Shown here: piece by piece, positions 44,208 to 54,003 of the stretch
How positions within the stretch are numbered: the stretch's first letter is position 1
How the letters are laid out: each line of letters opens with the position of its first letter
Virus record (IMG/VR): IMGVR_UViG_3300030380_004437
Coordinates: 1-60,247 of that record
DNA length: 60,247 nt
DNA from: a virus
Taxonomy: Duplodnaviria; Caudoviricetes
Direction: 5' to 3' (one strand)
Position numbers and translations under genes: made by a program
Notes under the pieces: model-generated
Told to the model about the DNA's origin: nothing
Seen by the model: the letters and a program-made list of their open reading frames with translations, nothing else
Databases searched by the model: none

Positions 44208-44758
44208 TTTTTCACCTTTATTTTACGACCTACATATACATTAAAGGTGTCTAAAGGGAGGTCGCTACCTTTTTCTACCTGCTCTTTAATGACAGCTTTG
44301 AGAGTCATAGGCTCTACCCATTTTTTCTGCATGAGCGAGTACCCTTCTTTCTCTAAGTTAGTCATAAGAGTTTTTGCACTCTCGTCTTCACCTCTACCGA
44401 AGTTAGCCGAGACAGTGTTCTTTATAATATCACCAAGACCATTTTCTTCAAGCCAATGAAAACATTGATCTCTATTTTCCTCAGTGATACGACCAGAGTA
44501 AAACCTATTTACTGAAATAGAAGTACCGTCGCTAAGTTTAAATTCAGACATACCTACTTCTTCTAATTTAGAAGGTAAGTCCTCTTCACTTATTTGACGG
44601 TATTTATTTTTAAGATTGTTAAGAACATCTTGCTGTTCTTCCATTTGAGCTTCTAGGTCTTTCAGGTCTTTAGCTAAAGCAGAAATACTTTTTAAATCTT
44701 CAGACTTAATTTCTTTCTCCTCTGCATCTTTTTCCATTTGATCTAATATATTTGTCAT
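44204..44758 (-). CDS. Conserved replication-module protein
   Basis: Coiled coil plus WLEENGLGDIIK...VEPMTLKA. Confidence 0.6.
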   Translation of the reverse strand: MTNILDQMEKDAEEKEIKSEDLKSISALAKDLKDLEAQMEEQQDVLNNLKNKYRQISEEDLPSKLEEVGMSEFKLSDGTSISVNRFYSGRITEENRDQCFHWLEENGLGDIIKNTVSANFGRGEDESAKTLMTNLEKEGYSLMQKKWVEPMTLKAVIKEQVEKGSDLPLDTFNVYVGRKIKVKK

Positions 44759-44799
44759 AATTTTTCCTTTGTTATCACTACTTTTGGTAGTGCGTCTCT

Positions 44800-44828
44800 A
44801 TTAAACTATTTTTGGTAATAAAAGTAAA
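44800..44828 (-). promoter_or_regulatory. Class I promoter for the replication operon
   Basis: TTTACT-N17-TTTAAT. Confidence 0.6.
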
Positions 44829-44843
44829 TAGGTTGTTGCGTAT

Positions 44844-45425
44844 TTATACGCCACTTCTGAAGGTAAGGTTGATTCTCTCTCCACAACCTTCCATATCTAA
44901 TACTGCGTGTGTACTTCTCATTTGAGATTTACCATCAAATATAAAAACGTCGCCATCTTCCATTAAATAATGTGTTAAACTTTTTTTAGGAACATACTTA
45001 GTATTTATTTCACTAGTGTCTACTTTTTCTTTTATATCTTTTTCATACTCAAGCCATTCGAAAACTCTAGGTGCACCAAGAGACACGGACAAAACTATAT
45101 CGTTTTTAGTGGGTACTGTATCAGAATGGTGCGGTATGCCTTTACCTTCTGGTCCATAATATCCACACAAACAAAAATTAAACTTCACTTCTTTTTTTAA
45201 TTTATAACTTACCAAATGTTCAGCGTTTGATTTTATTACATACATAGGAGTAGACCACGGCTCAGGCTCATATAGTTTACCAGCATATTCGAAAGGGCTA
45301 TCGCCAAAGCCACGAGTTGGTCTGCCTACTACTTTTTTGCCTTTATACATGCGAACTCTTGGCTCGTCCCAAGTAGTAATACCACAATCAAAACCTGTAA
45401 ATTCTCCTTTTATAAATTCTATCAT
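44844..45425 (-). CDS. alkB: AlkB-family 2OG-Fe(II) dioxygenase
   Basis: FNFCL..YY...HHSD (HxD)...SVSLGAPRVF...THAV...RINLTFR. Confidence 0.85.
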   Translation of the reverse strand: MIEFIKGEFTGFDCGITTWDEPRVRMYKGKKVVGRPTRGFGDSPFEYAGKLYEPEPWSTPMYVIKSNAEHLVSYKLKKEVKFNFCLCGYYGPEGKGIPHHSDTVPTKNDIVLSVSLGAPRVFEWLEYEKDIKEKVDTSEINTKYVPKKSLTHYLMEDGDVFIFDGKSQMRSTHAVLDMEGCGERINLTFRSGV

Positions 45426-45510
45426 AATAAGTGATGGTGTGTCTTGTCAAGTTTTTAGTCTTAGGAGGATCATGGAAAATGACAAAACTTATACGGCACC
45501 ACCATCAGTG

Positions 45511-45686
45511 CCTATTAGTACTATTTACTATTAGTAGTATAGGGAGATTTTATTTTTAGTAAAGGATAAATGTTAATTTCAGCTAATAGGTCAATATGTT
45601 CTTAGGTATATCCTTAAATAAATCAATCACTTAAGCTACCTATTAGCTGATATATTATCACCCTATTAGCTCAATAGTGCTAATAA
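45511..45686. other. Candidate replication origin: CCTATTAGC iterons flanking an IHF consensus
   Basis: Copies at 45511, 45582 (inverted), 45639, 45662; AATCAATCACTTA at 45621-45633 matches WATCAANNNNTTR. Confidence 0.55.
45536..45563 (-). promoter_or_regulatory. Class I promoter (TTTACT-N16-TATACT)
   Basis: Upstream of the alkB leader. Confidence 0.65.
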
Positions 45687-45700
45687 ATCACGAGCAATCA

Positions 45701-45729
45701 TTTACTTTCTGGTTAAGTATAAATATGCT
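45701..45729 (+). promoter_or_regulatory. Class I promoter (TTTACT-N17-TATGCT)
   Basis: Directly upstream of the SNF2 helicase. Confidence 0.7.
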
Positions 45730-45738
45730 ATGCCTTAT

Positions 45739-47181
45739 ATGAGTCAGTATACATATAAAACTACACCCTATACACATCAGGTGGATGCACTTGATATGTC
45801 GTGTGAAAAAGAATCGTTTGCTCTATTTATGGAGATGGGCTGTGGTAAGTCAAAAGTAGTGATTGACAACTTTGTTAAATTGTACATGGATAAAAAACTA
45901 AACGGTGTACTTATAGTTGCACCCAAAGGTGTATATGATAATTGGTTTACATACGAAATACCAACACACTTACCTGACGAAATACCAAAATCAATAGTCA
46001 AATGGTCAAACGCTAACACTAAAAAGAATAAAGAAAACCTAGAAACTCTTTTTGATAAATCAGATGAGCTGAAGATATTTATCATGAACATAGAAGCATT
46101 CAGTACAAAGAGAGGTACTGAGATAGCTTCTAAGTTTTTAATGGAACGTCAATGTATGTTTATCATAGACGAAAGTACAACTATCAAAAATTACAAAGCT
46201 AAGAGAACTGTCAATACTGTAAGACTCGGTAAGTATGCATACTATAAAAGAATACTGACAGGCTCTCCTGTGACAAAAAGTCCATTAGACTTATTTAGTC
46301 AATGTTATTTTCTAGACCCATCACTATTAGGTTTCAGTAGTTATTTTTCATTCAGAGCAAGGTTTGCTGACTTAATAGAACGTTCCATGAACGGTAGAAA
46401 TTTTAAATTAGTTACTGGTTATAAAAACTTGAACGAATTAAATGAATTATTAAAGTCATTCAGCTTCCGTATCTTGAAAAAAGATTGCCTTGACCTTCCT
46501 CCAAAGGTCTATATTAAGCGAAAAATAGAGATGACAGACGACCAAAAACGCGTCTACAAGGATATTCAACGCAATGCTTTAGCGGTATTGTCAGGCGAAA
46601 AGGTCACAATTAACTCAGTAATTACACAAATAGTGAGATTACATCAAATATCTTGTGGTTTTATAAATACTGATAAGGGTACTACGAAAGAGTTAGATTC
46701 AAATAGGTTAGAAGAATTATTACAGATAATAGAAGAAGTTCAAGGCAAAGTTATTATCTGGGCAAACTACAGGCATGATATTAGAAAGATAAATAAAGCC
46801 CTGAGTGAGAAATATGGCTCTGACTCAGTAGGTATGTATTTTGGTGACGTACAACAATCAGAGCGTGAAGGTATAATAAAAGATTTTCAAGACCCTGACA
46901 GTAAGATGAGATTCTTTGTGGGTAATACACAAACAGGTGGTTATGGTATTACTTTGACTGCTGCCAATACAGTTATATATTATTCTAATAACTATGATTT
47001 AGAGAAAAGGTTACAGTCAGAAGATAGAGCTCATCGTATCGGTCAAGACGATAAGGTCACATATATTGATATAGTGTGTGAAAAAACTGTTGATGAAAAA
47101 ATAGTGAAAGCCCTGCGTCAAAAACAAAACATTGCTCAAACTGTGCTTGGTGAAGAAAAATGGAAAGACTGGTTAGTTTAG
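45739..47181 (+). CDS. SNF2/SF2 helicase (start probably ATG 45739 rather than 45730)
   Basis: EMGCGKS, IIDEST, LTGSP, GYGITLT, QSEDRAHRIGQ. Confidence 0.9.
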   Translation: MSQYTYKTTPYTHQVDALDMSCEKESFALFMEMGCGKSKVVIDNFVKLYMDKKLNGVLIVAPKGVYDNWFTYEIPTHLPDEIPKSIVKWSNANTKKNKENLETLFDKSDELKIFIMNIEAFSTKRGTEIASKFLMERQCMFIIDESTTIKNYKAKRTVNTVRLGKYAYYKRILTGSPVTKSPLDLFSQCYFLDPSLLGFSSYFSFRARFADLIERSMNGRNFKLVTGYKNLNELNELLKSFSFRILKKDCLDLPPKVYIKRKIEMTDDQKRVYKDIQRNALAVLSGEKVTINSVITQIVRLHQISCGFINTDKGTTKELDSNRLEELLQIIEEVQGKVIIWANYRHDIRKINKALSEKYGSDSVGMYFGDVQQSEREGIIKDFQDPDSKMRFFVGNTQTGGYGITLTAANTVIYYSNNYDLEKRLQSEDRAHRIGQDDKVTYIDIVCEKTVDEKIVKALRQKQNIAQTVLGEEKWKDWLV

Positions 47182-50100
47182 AAATCGTATTTAAGTTTCA
47201 TTCCTGATTCAATGCCTTCTAACTGATTAATGAGTGCTTGATTTCTCTTACTTTCAATATCTTTTCTCAGTAGATCACTTTGATCAACAGCACCTTCTGG
47301 TCCACCTGTAATTCCAACGTCTGGTTGAAACATAACTTCTCCCATCATATAACCTAAGACTCTCCTTACATAATTAGCTTCTTCAGATTTAACTTTTTTA
47401 CCACTCATCAATATATCGTACATTTTAGTAGGGTTTTTCATGAGTTCAACAGTTCTTTTATTTCTTTTAGCGATATTGAAATAATTTATAGCAGTCAGCA
47501 TTCTTCCAGGTCTAGTAAATAAACCTACATATGCTCTAAGTATTTGGTTTATAGCTTTAAAGAATCCTTGATCTGGTTGGAGAGCAGACGATGCATCAGA
47601 TGGTCTTATCAATTTTAAATCATTATTTAATTTAGTTAAGTTACCTACGAAATCATCCCCTAAGTATATTCCCATAGCATAACCATGATCGTTAATATAA
47701 TCATCAATCAATTTAGAATCAAATACAGGAACACCGTCCACAGTTTTGGATGTTTTACTCATAAAATCATTATACATAGTAAGTTTTACTCTGTCCATCA
47801 ATACAGTATCACCAGCTATGTTATCTGCTCTTGTAATTATGTTATATAATTTTTCTGGTTTCTTTACATTTTTAGATGTAAATATATCCATAAACCATTT
47901 TTCTGGCTCATTGATGTTAGATTTTGTAAGCTCTGGTAAGTCTTGTTCTTTCCTCGCTAAGTCTAGTAAGAAATTTTCTGATTCTAGTTGTCTATTATAG
48001 GAGTTTACCAGTTGGTCGATATTATCGAATTTAGCTAATTCATTAGTACTGAATATTCCATTAGCTGGATCTAAAACACTTTTATTATCACTTTTCCAAG
48101 TATCTAATAATTGTGCACCATTTTCTTTAGGCACTACTCTACCATTTTTAAGTTCAAAAATATTCTCATATAGATTATTTTTTGTAGCTAACCTTATTTT
48201 TTCTCCTAAACTTGAGTTTTTAGGATCTATTAAAATATCCCTTAAAAATGCAGGAGAACTTATTACACCATCCTCAGTTATAGTAGACCCTGAATTGATA
48301 AATCTTAACAACCTATTAGAAGCTGTGATACTATCAGAAGACATAGTCCTAGTGACACTATTACTTAAAGCTGTAATGTCATTTATAACCCCTGATTTAT
48401 ATTGATTTTTAAACACTTTGTATTTTTCTACTGCGTCATCGTATAGTTTAGTGCTTTGTTCTCCACCTTCCCTTAATAAAGTATCGTACCTAGTTTTTTC
48501 GAATGCGTCAACAACTAATTCTAGTCTTTCAATCATATCTTGATCGCCAACTCTGTATGCTTCGTTTAGTCTACCCCTTACTTGAGAATAACTTCTATCA
48601 AAAGCTTCTCTTGACATAAATTTTTTGCCAGTTATTTTATCTGTACCTTCAATCCTAGCCACTGCTGCTTTTGACATACCGTATAGTTCAGCAGGAAATA
48701 AACTTTCACCTTCACTTTTTTCTATAGACTTAAATACATCAAGTACTTCTGACATGTCAAAAGGTTTTTTTCTTTTATCACTAACTACTTTAAATGCTTC
48801 GTTAAATGCTTCATCTACTTCTATATCTTTAGCAACTTTTAAATTGTAAAAACCTTCTTGTATGCCTCTACCTATTTCGGCAGGACTCATGTCAGGTGTG
48901 CCTTCTAAAAACTTTCTAAAATTATCTGAATTAGTGGCTATAAAATCATCTACGTTGCCTCTAGCTATGATTACTTCTGGAGTATTTTCTACAAATTCTT
49001 GTCCCGCAACCCTTAATTCCTCCCCAGTTCTTGTAAGTGCTACGTCTGAACTTTCTTCTAGAGCATCTTTTAAGTTTAAATCTGCTGACTCTTCAAACAG
49101 AGTATCCATTTGTTCTGCTGCTGCTTCTTCTTGTCTTATTTTTTGTTCACGTAATGGTGCACCTACTGTCTCAGATCCTTCAGCTAAGTCGTCTAAACTT
49201 TTTTGTGCACTTTCAATAGGAGAAACTAACCTTGGTCCACCTTGTTGCTCTACGTATTCTGAATATTTCCTCATAATTTGTGGACTTGTTAAAGTGCCCA
49301 CATTAACAAAATTATTATCTTTTAATTCTTTTTGTACAAATTCGTATGCTTCAATAAATTCATCTTCGTCTAATCCTCCAGGCAAAAGTCCTGTTCTCCC
49401 TAATCCAGGAATGACTTTACCTATATTTTGTATGCCACCTATTACAGCATTGGCACCAAAACCAAAACCCATAACCAGACCCATCTCTTTCATAGCTTCT
49501 CTGGTTATATTTACGTCTGCACCTAAAACCCCTCTTTCTTTTAAATCTTCTAATCTTTGGTATTTAATATAAAAACCTGCTAAACCTTCGGCGACTACTG
49601 CCAAGTTTCCAGCTGAAAGTAATCCTTTAGGTACTGCTCTTGGTCCACCTTTACCTCCCTCGGCAATAGCTTTCGCTAAAAACGTACCTCCTCCACCCAA
49701 TATCTCATACGTAAGTTGCTCCATAAAAGCCCCTGCTTCTTGCATCTGTAATCCTGGAGGATTTATTGGTGTGCGTTTGCCGTTATCAAAAGGGTTTTGA
49801 AATGTGTATGCTACTGTACCAGAAGGATCTGGCTTAATATCAAAGTCGTAATCCTCAGGGATTTCAGTCTCGTTTTCTCTAAATTTAACTCTAAGTAATC
49901 TATCAAGCGTAGGTATAGCTTGTTTAGGATCGTTTAACACAGAGTTAGGTATATTTGCATAATCAAATGTTGTTCCGTAAGGCACATTGTTTTCATAATC
50001 AATTCCGTATAACTTACCTAAATTTTCCCCAGATAATCTTTTAGTGTACTTTTGATTCATAAAATATGGATCACCAGATTCTAGCCCACTTAATACTGCA

Positions 50101-50414
50101 TCTTGATATCTTTGTTTATCTGTTCCTGAAAATTGGTCAAAATTTATTCTAGCATCACTATAACTTGGAGGGTTGTATCCTACACCACCCATTACTCCCA
50201 AAGGTGGTTTTCGATTTAATGTAGGATCAAAACCATATTGTTTTAACTTACTTACTTCAAAATCTCTATCTTCTTGAGTATCGGTAAGGGGAATATAAGC
50301 TGGGGATCTTTGAAATTCATAAAATAAGTTTGGGTTATTTACAAAATCAAGAGTTTTTTGAGAAGCTTTTTCAGCAATTAACTTGTCTATATCTATTATA
50401 TCGTTTTGTGCCAT
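47178..50414 (-). CDS. Large internal virion/ejection protein (putative)
   Basis: 1078 aa helical protein, last of four coupled genes after the tail and lysis genes. Confidence 0.55.
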   Translation of the reverse strand: MAQNDIIDIDKLIAEKASQKTLDFVNNPNLFYEFQRSPAYIPLTDTQEDRDFEVSKLKQYGFDPTLNRKPPLGVMGGVGYNPPSYSDARINFDQFSGTDKQRYQDAVLSGLESGDPYFMNQKYTKRLSGENLGKLYGIDYENNVPYGTTFDYANIPNSVLNDPKQAIPTLDRLLRVKFRENETEIPEDYDFDIKPDPSGTVAYTFQNPFDNGKRTPINPPGLQMQEAGAFMEQLTYEILGGGGTFLAKAIAEGGKGGPRAVPKGLLSAGNLAVVAEGLAGFYIKYQRLEDLKERGVLGADVNITREAMKEMGLVMGFGFGANAVIGGIQNIGKVIPGLGRTGLLPGGLDEDEFIEAYEFVQKELKDNNFVNVGTLTSPQIMRKYSEYVEQQGGPRLVSPIESAQKSLDDLAEGSETVGAPLREQKIRQEEAAAEQMDTLFEESADLNLKDALEESSDVALTRTGEELRVAGQEFVENTPEVIIARGNVDDFIATNSDNFRKFLEGTPDMSPAEIGRGIQEGFYNLKVAKDIEVDEAFNEAFKVVSDKRKKPFDMSEVLDVFKSIEKSEGESLFPAELYGMSKAAVARIEGTDKITGKKFMSREAFDRSYSQVRGRLNEAYRVGDQDMIERLELVVDAFEKTRYDTLLREGGEQSTKLYDDAVEKYKVFKNQYKSGVINDITALSNSVTRTMSSDSITASNRLLRFINSGSTITEDGVISSPAFLRDILIDPKNSSLGEKIRLATKNNLYENIFELKNGRVVPKENGAQLLDTWKSDNKSVLDPANGIFSTNELAKFDNIDQLVNSYNRQLESENFLLDLARKEQDLPELTKSNINEPEKWFMDIFTSKNVKKPEKLYNIITRADNIAGDTVLMDRVKLTMYNDFMSKTSKTVDGVPVFDSKLIDDYINDHGYAMGIYLGDDFVGNLTKLNNDLKLIRPSDASSALQPDQGFFKAINQILRAYVGLFTRPGRMLTAINYFNIAKRNKRTVELMKNPTKMYDILMSGKKVKSEEANYVRRVLGYMMGEVMFQPDVGITGGPEGAVDQSDLLRKDIESKRNQALINQLEGIESGMKLKYDF

Positions 50415-52918
50415 CAGTCTGGTGGTGTTGTGCTAGGACTAAATTGTTTAAGTAGTATATCGTAAAGCTCTGAATTACTTTCTTGTAAATCAGTTAAATA
50501 AATAGCCATAGCTTGTTCCATCTCCTTCTGTTTAGATTTGCTCTCACCCCTCATTTCTTTATATTTATTCTGTATTGTACTTATTAGTTTTGATGTGTCA
50601 TCTATACCCCTCAGACTTTTTATAAAACCTTGATAAGAATTGTTTTGTAAAACATTTGGTGCGTCGTCTTGATCTGGCGAAGGTTGATTATTATTGCCAC
50701 TCAGCATATTAACAAAGTCTTGGTGTGTAATTTCGCCACCTAATGCGTCTATAGGTAAATTATATTGATCACTTATTGTTTTTAACGTCTCTTCAGTTAA
50801 ACCCCCGTCTTTCCCATATCTAGCAAAATCAGATGCTACTGGTGCATAAGTCTGTCTTCTCAACCTGTTATGTGCAGCTTCTAGTTGTGTAAGATTACTC
50901 GAGCCATAGCCCACCATCTCTAAAGCAAAAACTAAGTCTTTGTCTGATAAAGCTCTTCCGTCACCTAAACCGAAAGCACTCGCTACAGCTAGAGCTAAGT
51001 TAAACGTCAATGCATTATACTCTCTGTTTGCTGTTGAGACACCTGTTAGGTCTTGAATTTTTCTACTATTTACAAATCTGCCATACATAGCTTCATAAGT
51101 ATCGCCATCAGAGAATTCAATTTTACCTGTTCGAGAAAGACTACCATCTGCAGTATCTGCAAAAGAAAGGTCTGCTGTATTGCCAGTTAATGTACCTATA
51201 AGATTAAAAATTTCTTTTCCTTCATCAAGAAATGTTCTTAACCCAGTCACAGTTCCTCTAACAATACTCGGTAATACAGCATTATTATTTTTTACTTCAT
51301 TTTGTATTTGCTCAGTAATGTTATAAACTTTTGCAGCAGAGCTTAAACTTGCCTGCCATTCTTTTTTAATTTTATTATTGTACCTTTTCTGTTGGGTACC
51401 ACCAGAATTTCCAGTTGAGAATACTACGCCATCTGATTCAAAATAAACTCCACTTTCGTAAGGTTTATCACTAGGTAATACTTGACTTTCTGGTATGTAC
51501 ATAAGTCTATCAACACCGTCTACATCTGTCCTGATCACTTTTTTCAGATTTCTAGGTTTGTTAGTTATTTCTATGCCTGTACCTGAGAGTTGGTTTTCCA
51601 TTTCAGTTATTTCTGCGTCGGATAACTGTAGGTAGTGTCGTCTACCACCTGCTCCATTACTTAAAATAGCTGGTAGATTATCGTTAGTAAAACCCTCTGG
51701 GTAAATTATTGAATACTGTTCTTTATTTTTTAACAGATTACCCTCTGATAATTGTATGTTAGGGTATTTTGTTAATTCGCTTACTTGAAAATCACTAAGA
51801 TGTTCAAGACCTAAATACCCAGTGTCTGGATTTGAAACTGTGTATTCACTTACATCAGAATGAAAGTCAGAGTTATAAGGAACTACTGATGCCCCATTTG
51901 TTTCATACTCTTGTATCTGTCTAGGGCTGATGTGTATGAGTTTTCCGTTTACTACGTGTGGGCTTTTGTCTTTACCTAAAGTAGCATCGTATGAAGCAGA
52001 TAAATCCTGTAAAGCAAGTTTAGAAGCAAAATCATCTATCGTTGCTTGTCTTTGCATTTTGTATTGTAGATATTTATCTTGAAACTCCGTCTCACCTTGC
52101 TTTTTCGTAATTGCGTATTTACTAAAAGCATTACTTAAAGCAGTTACCCAGTCTTCACCTTCTGTACCTGCTTGAGTTAAAGCCATACCTGCTGCCATAT
52201 AAGGTAATGCTTTATCAGGTCTACGAATAAATTTATCTAAGTCATCTCCACCTAACATAGTTTCTGCAGCTTCTCTATAGATGTTCATAGCTTCTTCTCG
52301 AGCTTCTGGAGTTTTTCCTAGATAGTCTAGTATTGAAGCATTTAACAAAGTTAAATTTGTAGCGTCGCTTGTAGCTGCGACTACCGCATTAGGATCGCCA
52401 CTTGCTTGAGCAGACTGTACTTTTTGTGCACTTGCATTTATTTGTGCAGCCACCACACCGTCTACATTGTCAGCTGTGTCTTCATCTTTAGTAAGACCTA
52501 AAAAGTCCATAGTATCAATTAACCCTTCTGTCATTTGATTTGAAAATGCTTCGTCATTGACTATATCTTGTTGAGGCATCATGTTATTTGGCATCTGCAT
52601 CATGTTTGGATCTAAAGTGCTTGCTATTCCACTCGACATGTCAATGTTTTGGGTACTAGAACTATTAGAAAAATCAGGTTGTGGGGACATACTGTAGATG
52701 CCTGTCATATCGTCTATGTTTCTTTTAGTTTGTAGTCTGTTATCTATTTGACCCATCATTAAATCATCTACACCTACACCTGTTTGAAGAGCAACGTCTT
52801 CTACAGGCATACCTTGAGCCAGTAATTCTCTTGCTAAACGCATAGGGTCAGGTTGTGTTAATGCTTCAAGACCACCTAGTTGAAATGGTTGACTGTATGG
52901 GTCATATTGTTCTGCCAT
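50414..52918 (-). CDS. Internal virion/ejection protein (putative)
   Basis: 834 aa; M/Q-rich N-terminus; GRALSDKD motif. Confidence 0.55.
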   Translation of the reverse strand: MAEQYDPYSQPFQLGGLEALTQPDPMRLARELLAQGMPVEDVALQTGVGVDDLMMGQIDNRLQTKRNIDDMTGIYSMSPQPDFSNSSSTQNIDMSSGIASTLDPNMMQMPNNMMPQQDIVNDEAFSNQMTEGLIDTMDFLGLTKDEDTADNVDGVVAAQINASAQKVQSAQASGDPNAVVAATSDATNLTLLNASILDYLGKTPEAREEAMNIYREAAETMLGGDDLDKFIRRPDKALPYMAAGMALTQAGTEGEDWVTALSNAFSKYAITKKQGETEFQDKYLQYKMQRQATIDDFASKLALQDLSASYDATLGKDKSPHVVNGKLIHISPRQIQEYETNGASVVPYNSDFHSDVSEYTVSNPDTGYLGLEHLSDFQVSELTKYPNIQLSEGNLLKNKEQYSIIYPEGFTNDNLPAILSNGAGGRRHYLQLSDAEITEMENQLSGTGIEITNKPRNLKKVIRTDVDGVDRLMYIPESQVLPSDKPYESGVYFESDGVVFSTGNSGGTQQKRYNNKIKKEWQASLSSAAKVYNITEQIQNEVKNNNAVLPSIVRGTVTGLRTFLDEGKEIFNLIGTLTGNTADLSFADTADGSLSRTGKIEFSDGDTYEAMYGRFVNSRKIQDLTGVSTANREYNALTFNLALAVASAFGLGDGRALSDKDLVFALEMVGYGSSNLTQLEAAHNRLRRQTYAPVASDFARYGKDGGLTEETLKTISDQYNLPIDALGGEITHQDFVNMLSGNNNQPSPDQDDAPNVLQNNSYQGFIKSLRGIDDTSKLISTIQNKYKEMRGESKSKQKEMEQAMAIYLTDLQESNSELYDILLKQFSPSTTPPD

Positions 52919-52923
52919 CTTTA

Positions 52924-54003
52924 TTACTTACTAAATAAACTTTCGAGCGAAGAAGTATCTTTATCGTTCATCAATCCATATAATTGTAAACCTGTGCCTG
53001 CTAACTGCATAAATTTATTTGGTGCTGGTTCTGGGTCACTGATGTCTTCTGATTGTTGATATAAATTTCTGCCTAATGTCGGAGCTATACCAGATGCTAT
53101 GCCACCTACATCTCTAATCACATTCATCGGATAATTTAAAGAACCAGCATAGTTAGCATAGTTCATATCTAATCCACGTTGTTGTAGTCCTTGTTGTTGT
53201 GCACCGAGTGAGCTTAATCTGTTTATATCACCACCCATTAAATTATATATGCCTGTGTTTATATTTCCGAGAGCACTTGCTCCTCTGCCCATGGTGTTAA
53301 TTAAATCACCACCACCAGCTATACCTATGTTTGCTAAATTACCTGATAATGAACCTAACCCTCCAGCTACAGTTCCTCTACCTTTAAATGCTGCCTGTGC
53401 ATTAGCCATAGCATCACTAAAACCTTGTCTCCTTATACCACCCACAGCTTCTGCTGCACCTCTGCCAAAACTTTTTGCTAATTCGTCTCCCATTATCCTG
53501 CCCCTTGAACCACCAAAAGCACCAGATTGTATGGCTTGATTATTCAATTGATTTTGAGTCACATCAAATTGATCCTGTAAGTCTGATAGAGTTCGATTAA
53601 CTACAGCATCTTCATAAGGATTGTAAAACCTAGCCGTATCTGTAGGATTAAAACCACCAGACATGTCTCTTAAAATGTTTTGAGCTTCTTGTGTACCACT
53701 TACACCTTGTTGAACACCAGTTTGTATTAAATTACTTCCTTGGTTTAATGAACCACCTAATAAATTTTGAGCTGCAGTCATACCAGGAAGATAACTTCCT
53801 ACCCCACCTCTAGCAAGTTCCATTGCTTGTAGTTGGTCGGGAGTAAAACTTGCTATTCTAGGTTGGTCAAAATTATATGGTGTTTGATCACTAGTTAATA
53901 AATTTTGAAATTCTTGATTAAGAGCAGGAAATACTCCCTTGCTCATTAACTCTCCATAAAATATAGGTGGGGAAACCGTTTGTTGTGTGGTTTGTAAAGC
54001 CAT
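52924..54003 (-). CDS. Internal virion/DNA transfer protein (putative)
   Basis: RIASFTPDQ, NPYEDAVV, GAFGGSR; G/Q/A-rich. Confidence 0.6.
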   Translation of the reverse strand: MALQTTQQTVSPPIFYGELMSKGVFPALNQEFQNLLTSDQTPYNFDQPRIASFTPDQLQAMELARGGVGSYLPGMTAAQNLLGGSLNQGSNLIQTGVQQGVSGTQEAQNILRDMSGGFNPTDTARFYNPYEDAVVNRTLSDLQDQFDVTQNQLNNQAIQSGAFGGSRGRIMGDELAKSFGRGAAEAVGGIRRQGFSDAMANAQAAFKGRGTVAGGLGSLSGNLANIGIAGGGDLINTMGRGASALGNINTGIYNLMGGDINRLSSLGAQQQGLQQRGLDMNYANYAGSLNYPMNVIRDVGGIASGIAPTLGRNLYQQSEDISDPEPAPNKFMQLAGTGLQLYGLMNDKDTSSLESLFSK

